Under the pieces are notes generated by a model. That model was not told the DNA's origin. It worked only from the letters and a program-made list of their open reading frames with translations, and searched no databases. Below, piece by piece: positions 38,580-47,445 of a stretch of 64,000 nucleotides of DNA. The position numbers and the translations under genes are program-made. This stretch comes from a virus (Duplodnaviria > Caudoviricetes). The DNA lies in IMG/VR virus record IMGVR_UViG_2923084042_000004, positions 1-64,000 of that record, one strand, 5' to 3'. Every line of letters starts with the position of its first letter. Positions within the stretch are counted from its first letter, which is position 1.

Positions 38580-39218
38580 TCACCACGCAAGTGAGTTAGG
38601 ATGCTCTACCCTTTCGCCTGTTGCGATATTGACCGTAAACTGGCCGTCCGTACGTCCGTTGATAAAATCGTTGTAGCGCTTTCGACGTTGTTTGTTGAGC
38701 GACTTGGCGCGCGCATCAACGAAAATAGATTCGTAGGTTGATAACGACCGGCGCTTTGGTTCGGCACGATTGCGACCGTTCTGATCGTATTCTTCCGCCA
38801 GCTTGCCGGATCGCTCTCCGTTCTTGCGCGTCGTTTCCAGGCGTTCGCTCATGATCGGATATTCCGCCTTCATTTTATTTTTATTCGTATCGGTTAATTC
38901 TTCGAAAAGTACGAGATCTGCCATGCGATCTAACGCGATGGAGTCCGGTTCTTTGTCAGTCGCGTCCATATAAGCGTCAGTAAGCGCTGTGATTCGTTCT
39001 AAGCGCGCTACACGATCGGGGATATAAATGGACCGCAAGCCAAGGCCGGCGTGATCTTCCGACTTATACGCAACAATTTCGCCCCCAACCAACACGCGAT
39101 CGCCTTCTTGCGGCTGGCCGGAAACGCAGCGCCAAGCTAATGGGCCGCCCGTCTTATAATCGTGTCTGACGTCGAGCTGCAATTCCGTAATCATTTCGTG
39201 CAATAAAGCGTTATCCAT
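38580..39218 (-). CDS. Hypothetical phage protein
   Basis: Coupled to the upstream gene; RBS. Confidence 0.65.
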   Translation of the reverse strand: MDNALLHEMITELQLDVRHDYKTGGPLAWRCVSGQPQEGDRVLVGGEIVAYKSEDHAGLGLRSIYIPDRVARLERITALTDAYMDATDKEPDSIALDRMADLVLFEELTDTNKNKMKAEYPIMSERLETTRKNGERSGKLAEEYDQNGRNRAEPKRRSLSTYESIFVDARAKSLNKQRRKRYNDFINGRTDGQFTVNIATGERVEHPNSLAW

Positions 39219-39601
39219 TAATTCGTCCCCCTTATCGCGTAGCCTTCGCCGTGGCTCGCCCAGTAGTAATAAACATCCGTTAAACTATCGACAGCTGCGT
39301 TTAAGTGAAATACGACGGCTTGTTGCGTAATGCCCATCCGTTCGCCCGCCTCGGCTTGCGTTAGTTCGCCGAAGTAAACGAGCTCGATCGCCTGGCGCTG
39401 GCGGTCCGTTAAATTCGCTAATTCGAGCGCCTTGTGAATATCGATAAGAATCGTAGCCGCGTCGTAATCTCCGCATCGCTTACGGCTGATGAACTTCTGA
39501 TAATCGGCGAGTAATAGCTTAACGCCTTCTGCGTTATCGAGCGCATAGGCTGAGTCGAATTCTCGTTCCTTTCGGTGTAGATCGACTTTTACTGAACCCA
39601 T
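39218..39601 (-). CDS. Sigma-70 region 4-type transcriptional regulator
   Basis: LTDRQRQAIELVYFGELTQAEAGERMGITQQAV. Confidence 0.8.
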   Translation of the reverse strand: MGSVKVDLHRKEREFDSAYALDNAEGVKLLLADYQKFISRKRCGDYDAATILIDIHKALELANLTDRQRQAIELVYFGELTQAEAGERMGITQQAVVFHLNAAVDSLTDVYYYWASHGEGYAIRGTN

Positions 39602-39636
39602 TCGTAATTCCTCCTGTCTGCAATTTAGTAATCGCG

Positions 39637-40860
39637 CTATCTATCGAAATAATTGCGAACGATTTCGTCCTGCCAATCGAAATCAAATGAGCTCACCATA
39701 CGTCCATTCCATTCGATCTCATCACCGGCGCCTAACGTTAACTCGTTCCATCGGTAAGGGCCGTCTGAGAACGTTCTTTCCGCATCCCTCAGTCCGTCAC
39801 ATTGACCGTTACCGTGTGAGAAGAAAAACGCTTCAGTTCCCTTGTCGATTCCGTGCCAGCTCGGTAAATGCGGGTATAGATTTTCGCGCATAAGGTTATC
39901 GTCAGTGAAATCGTCAACAAGTTCGTCAAGTTGCGTTAGACCCTCACCCGACGCATCTGTTGACTTTCCTTTCGCATCCCATCCAATATCTATTACTTGC
40001 GCAAAATAAGCAGGCGGCTGACCTTCGAGAAATTTTGCGTTATATTCCGATATGTCGGTGTCACCGCCTCTTCTGAAATTTGAGCGCCATTTCGTAGTTG
40101 CCGGCGGTATTAACTCCGTTCTAGGTGGTGCTTTACGCAGTATTAATATCTGCGTAGGAATCGTAGTACCTACGTGTTGGAACGTTTCTCCCGGAAGTAA
40201 AATAGTCGCGACCTGCCAGCACGTTTCGTGCATGAGCTTTCGAAGTTTGGTCGCATAATTTCCGTAGGATAATCCCAATGGAAGTACAAACGCAATATAA
40301 CCGCCGGGCTTAACCGTTTTGATAGCGAGTTCGATAAAAGCAACCTCCGACTTGCCTCCGTATTCTCCCTTCTTTTTAGTAATTGACCGCCACTCCTCGC
40401 CTTCTTGCGGCTCGAACTTAACGTTTACTCCATATGGCGGGTTGCCGATTACCAGATCGTAATAATCTCGGCGACCATGTACTAGCGCATTCCCTTCGAT
40501 AATCTCAGCGTCTGGATATAACAGCGTTGTTACTTTCGCGCTTGTACTATCGAGTTCTAACGCTGTGATGTCGGCGGCCTTCGGTGCATGTTCGAGAAAT
40601 ACACCGGCACCAACGGAAGGTTCCAGAACCTTCGGAGTCTCAGGCAGCCGTGGCTTTAACACATCCCATACGAACTTTGCAATGTGAGTAGGCGTGAAAA
40701 AGGCTCCACCGCTAAAGGCATTCGGTAGTAACCCGCCTGCCGACGTATAATTTTGCCGTAAGAATTCGATATCTTCTTCGGTTATTTGGTCGCGATCCTT
40801 CGCGATGATTTCCATCGACTTAACGTTTCCTTCCCAGCGTTTACGATCGGCTTTTCCTAT
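39637..40860 (-). CDS. N6-adenine DNA methyltransferase (start uncertain, likely ATA at 40860)
   Basis: FFTP, LEPSVGAGVF (motif I), GNPPY (motif IV). Confidence 0.88.
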   Translation of the reverse strand: MGKADRKRWEGNVKSMEIIAKDRDQITEEDIEFLRQNYTSAGGLLPNAFSGGAFFTPTHIAKFVWDVLKPRLPETPKVLEPSVGAGVFLEHAPKAADITALELDSTSAKVTTLLYPDAEIIEGNALVHGRRDYYDLVIGNPPYGVNVKFEPQEGEEWRSITKKKGEYGGKSEVAFIELAIKTVKPGGYIAFVLPLGLSYGNYATKLRKLMHETCWQVATILLPGETFQHVGTTIPTQILILRKAPPRTELIPPATTKWRSNFRRGGDTDISEYNAKFLEGQPPAYFAQVIDIGWDAKGKSTDASGEGLTQLDELVDDFTDDNLMRENLYPHLPSWHGIDKGTEAFFFSHGNGQCDGLRDAERTFSDGPYRWNELTLGAGDEIEWNGRMVSSFDFDWQDEIVRNYFDR

Positions 40861-40880
40861 AACAATCGCCCCCTTATCGT

Positions 40881-40909
40881 TTGACTTTCGCCCTGAAAGC
40901 GAATATAAT
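40881..40909 (+). promoter_or_regulatory. Near-consensus SigA promoter
   Basis: TTGACT-N17-TATAAT. Confidence 0.8.
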
Positions 40910-40940
40910 TTCCGTATAATGTATAACCGAGGTGGTTTCC

Positions 40941-41321
40941 GTGGCAATTAATTGGATATCAGCGCAGAATAACGACGCATATATAACGCTTGATTCGCAG
41001 AGAAGAATTTACATATCGTCTGGCGCTCGTAATATTATCGGGCTTCCTAACAAAGCACCGTTTTATTTAACGCTTGGATACGACGAGGAATCACGCCGGC
41101 TTGTTTGCGCAAAGCCCGAGAACGTAAAAGCTGACGTCGCACCGTTCAAATTCGATAAGCGTTCGTATAATAAGGCCGCCAGCAAAGTTCTACAAACCGC
41201 AGGATTCCGCGAAGAAGACTTACCGTTGCGCTTCTACATGGTCGGCGAAGGTGAAGCCGCAAAACAGGCGTACGTGGCGTATCCTGAAGGCGTTTATGCT
41301 TTCGAGTTAAGTCGTATCTGA
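40941..41321 (+). CDS. Counter-oriented moron gene, possibly AbrB/MraZ-like fold
   Basis: Own promoter, GAGGTG RBS, GTG start; ITLDSQRRIYI motif. Confidence 0.65.
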   Translation: MAINWISAQNNDAYITLDSQRRIYISSGARNIIGLPNKAPFYLTLGYDEESRRLVCAKPENVKADVAPFKFDKRSYNKAASKVLQTAGFREEDLPLRFYMVGEGEAAKQAYVAYPEGVYAFELSRI

Positions 41322-42547
41322 TCCGCAAGCGCCCGTCCGATATACCACGCAACGCGCGAAGCAATTCCGTTCCCAACGATCCGATATTGCGCCGTTAAGG
41401 AAATATCGTCTGGCAGGACGTAAGTGTCTGGCGCAGATTGGATTCGGAGACATTCCCGGACGGTGAAACGTCGGATTAGTCCGTCTATATTTGTTATTTC
41501 ATTCGGTTTCTTCGCTGCATATGAAGCCAATACTGTCCTTGCTACGGTAGAACCATCATTAATCGGCATTTTTCCAAAATTCGTCTTAGATTTGCCGTCA
41601 ATCACGTTCTGGACGTATTTAGGAAGTCTATCTTCTGGTGTATGGTTTGGACAAGGCTCCGGCAAATCCCCGATCACATCCCGTAACACCTGCGTTTGAT
41701 AATCGCCTTCTAACGGCTTCGGAAACTCGAATGTGAAACCGAGGTCATTCCGCACACCAACTATAAACACTCGCTCACGCTTCTGCGCTACACCGTAATC
41801 CCATGCGTTTATTACTTGCCAGCTAATCTCGTAACCTATTTCGTTAAATTTCTCGATAAGCGCATCGAATGTAGGACGATGGCGCTTCGTTATCAACCCT
41901 TTTACGTTTTCAAATACGAAGGCTTTCGGCTGCTTGTGTTTAATAATTTCGAGGTAACGCCATACTAATTTACCACGTTCACCGTCAGCGCCGGCGCCTT
42001 TGCCTGCAACCGAGAAGTCCTGACACGGAGGACCACCGAATATAACGTCTGTGTTCGGCAGGTCATCGATATCAATTTCGTTAATGTCCGCCTGTTCTAC
42101 GTAATCACCGAAGTTGTGGCGGTAGGCTTTGACGGCATTCTTATCGAAGTCCAACGCCTTCACGATATGGTAGCCGGCCGCTTTGAATCCGATTGCGCCA
42201 AGTCCTCCTCCGCAGAATAGTTCGAGTACCGTCAGTCCATTTGCCGGCAGTTGCGGCGTTAAGTTAAAGTCGCCCATATATTCGCTCCTTTCGATTGATT
42301 CATTCGGATGTAAGTGGCATGTAGCTTTCGCCATTACCGACGCCGTGATCGTCAAAGCCGGCTCATCCCAAGACATTTTACGAAGATATGTCGTTTGACC
42401 ACCTCCGCTATAAAACGCCCCTCTCATAAACGCCTTCTGTTCTTCTTCCGGAAGATCGCGCCAGTTACCACCATCCGGAATCTTGTGCGCATAGGGTTTC
42501 TCATCATTTCGTAACCCGTATCCGTAATGATTCGGTATATTCATCAA
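41294..42547 (-). CDS. C5-cytosine DNA methyltransferase with an extra N-terminal TRD
   Basis: ELFCGGG, GGPPCQDFS, ENV, QKRER, GN motifs; internal RBS and ATG at 42277. Confidence 0.92.
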   Translation of the reverse strand: MMNIPNHYGYGLRNDEKPYAHKIPDGGNWRDLPEEEQKAFMRGAFYSGGGQTTYLRKMSWDEPALTITASVMAKATCHLHPNESIERSEYMGDFNLTPQLPANGLTVLELFCGGGLGAIGFKAAGYHIVKALDFDKNAVKAYRHNFGDYVEQADINEIDIDDLPNTDVIFGGPPCQDFSVAGKGAGADGERGKLVWRYLEIIKHKQPKAFVFENVKGLITKRHRPTFDALIEKFNEIGYEISWQVINAWDYGVAQKRERVFIVGVRNDLGFTFEFPKPLEGDYQTQVLRDVIGDLPEPCPNHTPEDRLPKYVQNVIDGKSKTNFGKMPINDGSTVARTVLASYAAKKPNEITNIDGLIRRFTVRECLRIQSAPDTYVLPDDISLTAQYRIVGNGIASRVAWYIGRALADQIRLNSKA

Positions 42548-43113
42548 ATCAACACCTCCGCCATCAACGCGTCCAGTTTCGCGTATAATTCATCGATCGT
42601 ACCATCGTTTGTAATTTCGTAATCAACTTCGAAATCCAGCAACGCAAGCTCGGTCGGATGCTTCAACGCCGCCAAGTCGAAGTCATCACCGGCTTTTCTC
42701 GCGCGTTCAATCCGTATGTCTTCCGGTGCCGTGATGCGTATTAACTTAAACCCTTCGGAGCGCAGACGGTTGTATTCGTTTAGCTGCCGGCAGTCCTCGA
42801 CCAGTACGCGGTTCTTTAGCATTGGCGCTAGGCCGCCACCGCAGTCGCAAGTATGACGCGCCAAGTAAGCGTCCACCTTCGTCATAGTTGCGTTAACCCA
42901 GACGTCCTCGCCGAAAGCTTCTCGCGCCCACTGACCGAACTTTTGATAATACGCGCGTGGCTTCGGCTTTTCGGGTACGGTAGGGAATGCGCGATGGAAG
43001 GCGGCTTTGAGTTCGTCGCCGAATGCGAACGGATGGAAATCGTAGTGGAGCGATAAGTAACCGGCGGCTTCCGACTTGCCAGCGCGTAATGGCGCGGTTA
43101 GGGCGAGTTTCAT
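42544..43113 (-). CDS. Deoxynucleoside monophosphate kinase-like protein
   Basis: P-loop TAPLRAGKS, EDCRQ.NE, HPTE, ITNDGT. Confidence 0.78.
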   Translation of the reverse strand: MKLALTAPLRAGKSEAAGYLSLHYDFHPFAFGDELKAAFHRAFPTVPEKPKPRAYYQKFGQWAREAFGEDVWVNATMTKVDAYLARHTCDCGGGLAPMLKNRVLVEDCRQLNEYNRLRSEGFKLIRITAPEDIRIERARKAGDDFDLAALKHPTELALLDFEVDYEITNDGTIDELYAKLDALMAEVLI

Positions 43114-43868
43114 GGGCGCATCAACAACCTTTCGATAATTGCCGCCAATTCATCCGCGGTAAATAACTTTTCGCCTTTAACTCCGGTCACACTTTCCTTT
43201 AACCGCGCCAATTCCTCGCCGAGCGTCAGGTTGTCTTTGTGTAGCGTGTCGATTTCGTTTTCGAGGCGTTCAACTGTGCGCTTCAATTTCGCAACTTCTT
43301 GCGCTACGTTGCCGATAGCGAAAACCGCATCGACTGGCTGCGGTTCGTCGGCTTCGGTGGATTCGATCGGGACGAGTACGCGATAATCTTCTTCAGTTCC
43401 GTCTAAGTACGTCTCACCATTTTCCCCCTCGACTAAATAAACGGAACCATCGACATAGTCGCTATCCACCTCTTTAACTGTATCGACATGCCCAACCGCA
43501 TAATCATAACTAGCTGTTACGATAACCATATCGCCTTTCCGCGCATTGTCATTATCCATTTCGTAGCGCTGACCGCCAATGCGAACGATGTCGGTCGGTT
43601 CGAGTACGTGGTATTCGCGATCATATAAGGCGACCAATTGCCCATTTGCGAGTATAGATTCCGCATAATAACCGAGTCTTGAGTCGTCTTTTACGAATCG
43701 ACTGACAAACGCCATATCACCGTTTCTATATTCGGATTGACAGTCAGCCTTAACAATAATTATTCTTTCGCCAACCTCCGCCTTCCGATCGACCTCTACG
43801 TATTCGCGCTTGATGCCGCCAAGTGTTTCGTCAGCCAGCACGTGGATTTTTTCGTTAGTTTCCGCCAT
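43110..43868 (-). CDS. Hypothetical protein with repeated beta modules and coiled coil
   Basis: REYVEVDRKA.VG repeats resembling 56064-57392. Confidence 0.65.
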   Translation of the reverse strand: MAETNEKIHVLADETLGGIKREYVEVDRKAEVGERIIIVKADCQSEYRNGDMAFVSRFVKDDSRLGYYAESILANGQLVALYDREYHVLEPTDIVRIGGQRYEMDNDNARKGDMVIVTASYDYAVGHVDTVKEVDSDYVDGSVYLVEGENGETYLDGTEEDYRVLVPIESTEADEPQPVDAVFAIGNVAQEVAKLKRTVERLENEIDTLHKDNLTLGEELARLKESVTGVKGEKLFTADELAAIIERLLMRP

Positions 43869-43883
43869 TTATTCCGCCTCCCG

Positions 43884-44441
43884 TTAATTTATTACGCGAA
43901 CCTGAACCGACTGCCGCCCGAACTGAACCGCGTCGGCTTCGTCCGCAACTAATACGTCAATCTTGGCGCCTTTAATGTAGCCGCCCGTATCCTGCGCCAT
44001 GGCTTCAAACGTCGTGCCGTCCGCCTGTTTTATTTCAACCGTCGAACCCAACGCAATCACAGACGGATCGACCGCTATAATACGCTTGCCGGCGTGGTAG
44101 ATCGTTCCGGTTACGTCTAGGCCGGTCGCTGTTACGCCGCTACAACCTTCGGGGCAATCCGCCGTATAAGCCGAAGCCTCGAACGTTTGCCATGCGTTTG
44201 GCGTTTCGTTAACACTTTCGTTATTCACCTTCGGTTTTGAGCGCTCCTTCGGCTTCGCATTGACCTCCGCCTTCAACGTCGCAACTTCGTCCTCAAGCGC
44301 CTTTATGCGTGCGTCCGCCTTCTGCAGCGCCGCCTCTTCTTCGGTAATGCGCGGCGGGTCTGGCGGCGGTGGCTCGGGCGGCTTGGCGGTCGGGTTCGTA
44401 AGTAATTGCGTTGACATCGCTAGATTCGTTAGTATACCGAT
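43884..44441 (-). CDS. 3D-domain cell-wall protein
   Basis: ASAYT, IAVDPSVIALGS, DTGGYIKG.KIDV. Confidence 0.88.
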   Translation of the reverse strand: MGILTNLAMSTQLLTNPTAKPPEPPPPDPPRITEEEAALQKADARIKALEDEVATLKAEVNAKPKERSKPKVNNESVNETPNAWQTFEASAYTADCPEGCSGVTATGLDVTGTIYHAGKRIIAVDPSVIALGSTVEIKQADGTTFEAMAQDTGGYIKGAKIDVLVADEADAVQFGRQSVQVRVIN

Positions 44442-44443
44442 GC

Positions 44444-45265
44444 TTACACCTCCTCGAAAAACTGGTCCGTCCACGGCTCCACGTCGACCACTTCGCGTCT
44501 TAGCGTTTCGGCCAGTTCGGTAATTTCCGCCTGTGCGCCGCGCCCTTTTTTGCGTTTAGAATAAAACGAAAGCAACGCGGTCAGATTCGCAGTCATTACG
44601 AGATTCGTTGCGGCGGCGTTCGGTAGGACAGCGCGGGCATCTTCGGCGGGCACTCCGGCCTCTCGCAATTTATCGTAGGCTTGCTGCGCTATTTCCATAG
44701 CCTCCGCGAATATATCCGTAGCTGGACGATCAGTAATTGGCGCTCCGTATACAAAGTCGTACATGTTCGCTGTTTTATCACTCGTAACTTTATCCGGAAC
44801 CACATAATCAAACCCGCCGATCTTATCATCGCTTCCCATCCGTACATACCGCTGTGACTGGACGCTGAAGCTGAAACCGACTCTGTGGCGTGTAAGCTGC
44901 GCCAATAACGCTCGGCTGACGCCCTCAATCGCAAAGGTGAACGTTAGATGTTCGAGGGTCGACGTATGTTTGGATGCGAAGATATGTCGGAATAACCGGT
45001 CTGCGTCGGTGCCTGCGCCGCCATCTGACGCTTTGGAGCTGAAATACTTGGCGCCTTCCTTTGCGACGATTTCGGTCGGTTTGTTTGCGCTATAGCACGA
45101 TCTGATTGCGGTCAGGGCGACGAGCTTTCCGTCCGTCGTGTCGAGTTTACTGAGATAATTAAAATCGTAGTTACCTACGCTATCTAATTCGTCAAAGCTA
45201 TCGTAAAATTTATCGCTTAATTGCGTATGTGCGATTAGCTGTACGTTCATTTCGGTTTCCGCCAT
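44444..45265 (-). CDS. thyX: Flavin-dependent thymidylate synthase
   Basis: H.STLEH, QLTRHRVGFSFSVQSQRY, EDARAVLP, AQ.EI. Confidence 0.93.
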   Translation of the reverse strand: MAETEMNVQLIAHTQLSDKFYDSFDELDSVGNYDFNYLSKLDTTDGKLVALTAIRSCYSANKPTEIVAKEGAKYFSSKASDGGAGTDADRLFRHIFASKHTSTLEHLTFTFAIEGVSRALLAQLTRHRVGFSFSVQSQRYVRMGSDDKIGGFDYVVPDKVTSDKTANMYDFVYGAPITDRPATDIFAEAMEIAQQAYDKLREAGVPAEDARAVLPNAAATNLVMTANLTALLSFYSKRKKGRGAQAEITELAETLRREVVDVEPWTDQFFEEV

Positions 45266-45753
45266 TTATTCTCCTCCTTATTAACAACTCTTATGAACCT
45301 TCCAGTCTCGCTATCTCTTGGTATAGTTTTATTCCTATTGTGCAACGAAGAGTGTTCTGACCTAGTGACTAACTCAAGATTACTAACGTCGTTGTTAAGT
45401 TTATTTTCGTCTTTGTGATGAACATGCTCACCCTCTTTCAAAGGTCTTTTTAAGTACTCGGACATTACATACCTGTGCTCAAGAATATATCCATCCTTCT
45501 GGGAATTTGGATGATGAGGTTTGTAGATTAGTTTGTACCCATAACGAGAAATCCTCACCCCCGACTTAAATAGAGGATTTTTAGGTCCCCTATTTCCATA
45601 GTTAGGATTACTTGCCCCTCTTTGTGTAAGGCTCTTCCTCTTCGCAGCGCACTCTCGGCTACAGGTTTTTCTTCTCGAATAATGACTAGCCTTCACATAC
45701 ATCTCAGACCTACATATTTCACATATTTTTACGCGCTTATTGCTTAGAGGCAT
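45247..45753 (-). CDS. Free-standing HNH homing endonuclease
   Basis: CxxC, EHRYVM, VHHKDENKLNN..NLE; start likely MPLSNK. Confidence 0.85.
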   Translation of the reverse strand: MPLSNKRVKICEICRSEMYVKASHYSRRKTCSRECAAKRKSLTQRGASNPNYGNRGPKNPLFKSGVRISRYGYKLIYKPHHPNSQKDGYILEHRYVMSEYLKRPLKEGEHVHHKDENKLNNDVSNLELVTRSEHSSLHNRNKTIPRDSETGRFIRVVNKEENKWRKPK

Positions 45754-46102
45754 TGTAACCTTCCTTGCCAGTCTTTCCTTCTTGTCTATCGTGATTCTCT
45801 GCATTTTTCTTCTTGTATATTTCATGAATACTCTCAGGAGTTAATCCAACCACCCGTGACAACGACAGCAAGAAATGCCACATATCAATGACCTCATATT
45901 GCAACGCTTCTTTGTTTACTTCTTTCGGGTTCTTCCACCACTTCCAGTTAATCTCGCGTCTGATTTCATCGATCTCTGATTCCATCGCTAAAGTTATCCC
46001 GATTACCCACTCATCGTGGGTTTTATCGACAGACCTCTCCGAAATCACTCGTTCATCTAATGCAGTCTGCATGGTAAACATCTCATTTAATCTATCGTTC
46101 AT
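45737..46102 (-). CDS. Dimeric all-alpha dUTPase
   Basis: EIDE, WKWWK, EVIDMWHF, KNAENHDRQ. Confidence 0.88.
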   Translation of the reverse strand: MNDRLNEMFTMQTALDERVISERSVDKTHDEWVIGITLAMESEIDEIRREINWKWWKNPKEVNKEALQYEVIDMWHFLLSLSRVVGLTPESIHEIYKKKNAENHDRQEGKTGKEGYNASKQ

Positions 46103-46207
46103 TTCGTTTCCTCCTTCGTAACGTCCTCATATATAACTGCGTATCAACTTTCCGTATGGCACAACGCCTTCATAAATAGATGCGTATAAAGTTCGGAGTC
46201 CGGACGC

Positions 46208-47191
46208 TTATTCCCCGAAATAAAAGTCCGAATCTTTAAGCGCCTCGACCGTCGCCTTCTTATAGCCGTTACCCTTCTGCGAAAAGAAGTCGTGCGATTT
46301 GGTTTTCGTACTAAGTCCGTTCATCACGATCGGATTCGGCGTTTCGTCTTCATAGTACGGATCGAACGCGAGGTTTTGCAACGCTTTATTCGCGTTATAG
46401 CGCATGAATCGTTTAACGTCGTGTGTCAGACCGACCGCATCGTAAAGATCCTCGGCATATGCGACCTCGTTATCGTATAGCTCCGTTAGTAAATCAACCG
46501 CAAAATCGCGTAATTCTAACTGAACGCGATGAGCTTGGCGGTTATAAATTTCCTGCGCGAGCAAGCCGGTATAAACGCCGTGGATCGCTTCGTCGCGAAT
46601 AATAAGCGATATGATTTCGCCGGAGTTCGTTAGCTTGCCTTGGCCCGCGAAATATAACGGATAGTAAAATCCGCTGTAGAACAAGAAGCTTTCGAGATAT
46701 ACCGAAGCGACCAGCGCCTTATACAGCGAAATATCATCGCCCGGCTCAATCGCGTTATACAGGTCGACGATACGCGCCGCTTTCCGCTGCAAGTACGGAT
46801 TGGTCTTAACCCATTCGAAAACTTCGTTAATTGTTTCGGTAGGTGCAAGCGTCATAAAGATATTCGAATAGGATTTCGCATGGACGGCGTTCTCCATCAT
46901 CGCCATGAAATTAAGTACGGCTTTGCGTTGGTGGCCGGTGATGTGTTGCGCGATGATAGGCATACCGGTGTTTCCCTGTTCCGTATCCAGAAGCGTTAGG
47001 CCCGCAAGATCGCGCATGTATACGAGCTGCTCGGTCGGGCTTAGTGCCTTCCACGTTAGGAGATCGCCATTTAGCGAAATCTCTTCCGGAAGCCAGAATT
47101 GCTTAACGTTCTGCGCGTAGAACATTTGCGTAAAGTCGTCTTCATGGCGTGACCAATCGGCCGCCGTATGGATTGCGTTTGCGTTCGTCAA
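46208..47191 (-). CDS. nrdF: Class Ib ribonucleotide reductase beta subunit
   Basis: [27 protein letters not shown]. Confidence 0.95.
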   Translation of the reverse strand: MTNANAIHTAADWSRHEDDFTQMFYAQNVKQFWLPEEISLNGDLLTWKALSPTEQLVYMRDLAGLTLLDTEQGNTGMPIIAQHITGHQRKAVLNFMAMMENAVHAKSYSNIFMTLAPTETINEVFEWVKTNPYLQRKAARIVDLYNAIEPGDDISLYKALVASVYLESFLFYSGFYYPLYFAGQGKLTNSGEIISLIIRDEAIHGVYTGLLAQEIYNRQAHRVQLELRDFAVDLLTELYDNEVAYAEDLYDAVGLTHDVKRFMRYNANKALQNLAFDPYYEDETPNPIVMNGLSTKTKSHDFFSQKGNGYKKATVEALKDSDFYFGE

Positions 47192-47445
47192 TTATTCGTC
47201 CTCCTTTTAGCGTGTCTGCTTTTACGTTTAACTACCGCCAGCACTTCCGACGTTTTAATAACGTCTCTGTAACCTAGTAGGCGATTTAGTATCGGGAAGT
47301 CTTTGTGGCGTACTTCAATGTACCCGCCTTCATACGTTTGAATAACTACCGCTTTAGGCATAGAATATCCAAAGTGATAAAGAATTACGTCTCCACGTTG
47401 GATATTCTTCTGTCGCTCCTCGCTTAAACCACGCATGATAAGCAT
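47188..47445 (-). CDS. Hypothetical protein between nrdE and nrdF
   Basis: Overlaps both neighbours. Confidence 0.55.
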   Translation of the reverse strand: MLIMRGLSEERQKNIQRGDVILYHFGYSMPKAVVIQTYEGGYIEVRHKDFPILNRLLGYRDVIKTSEVLAVVKRKSRHAKRRTNN

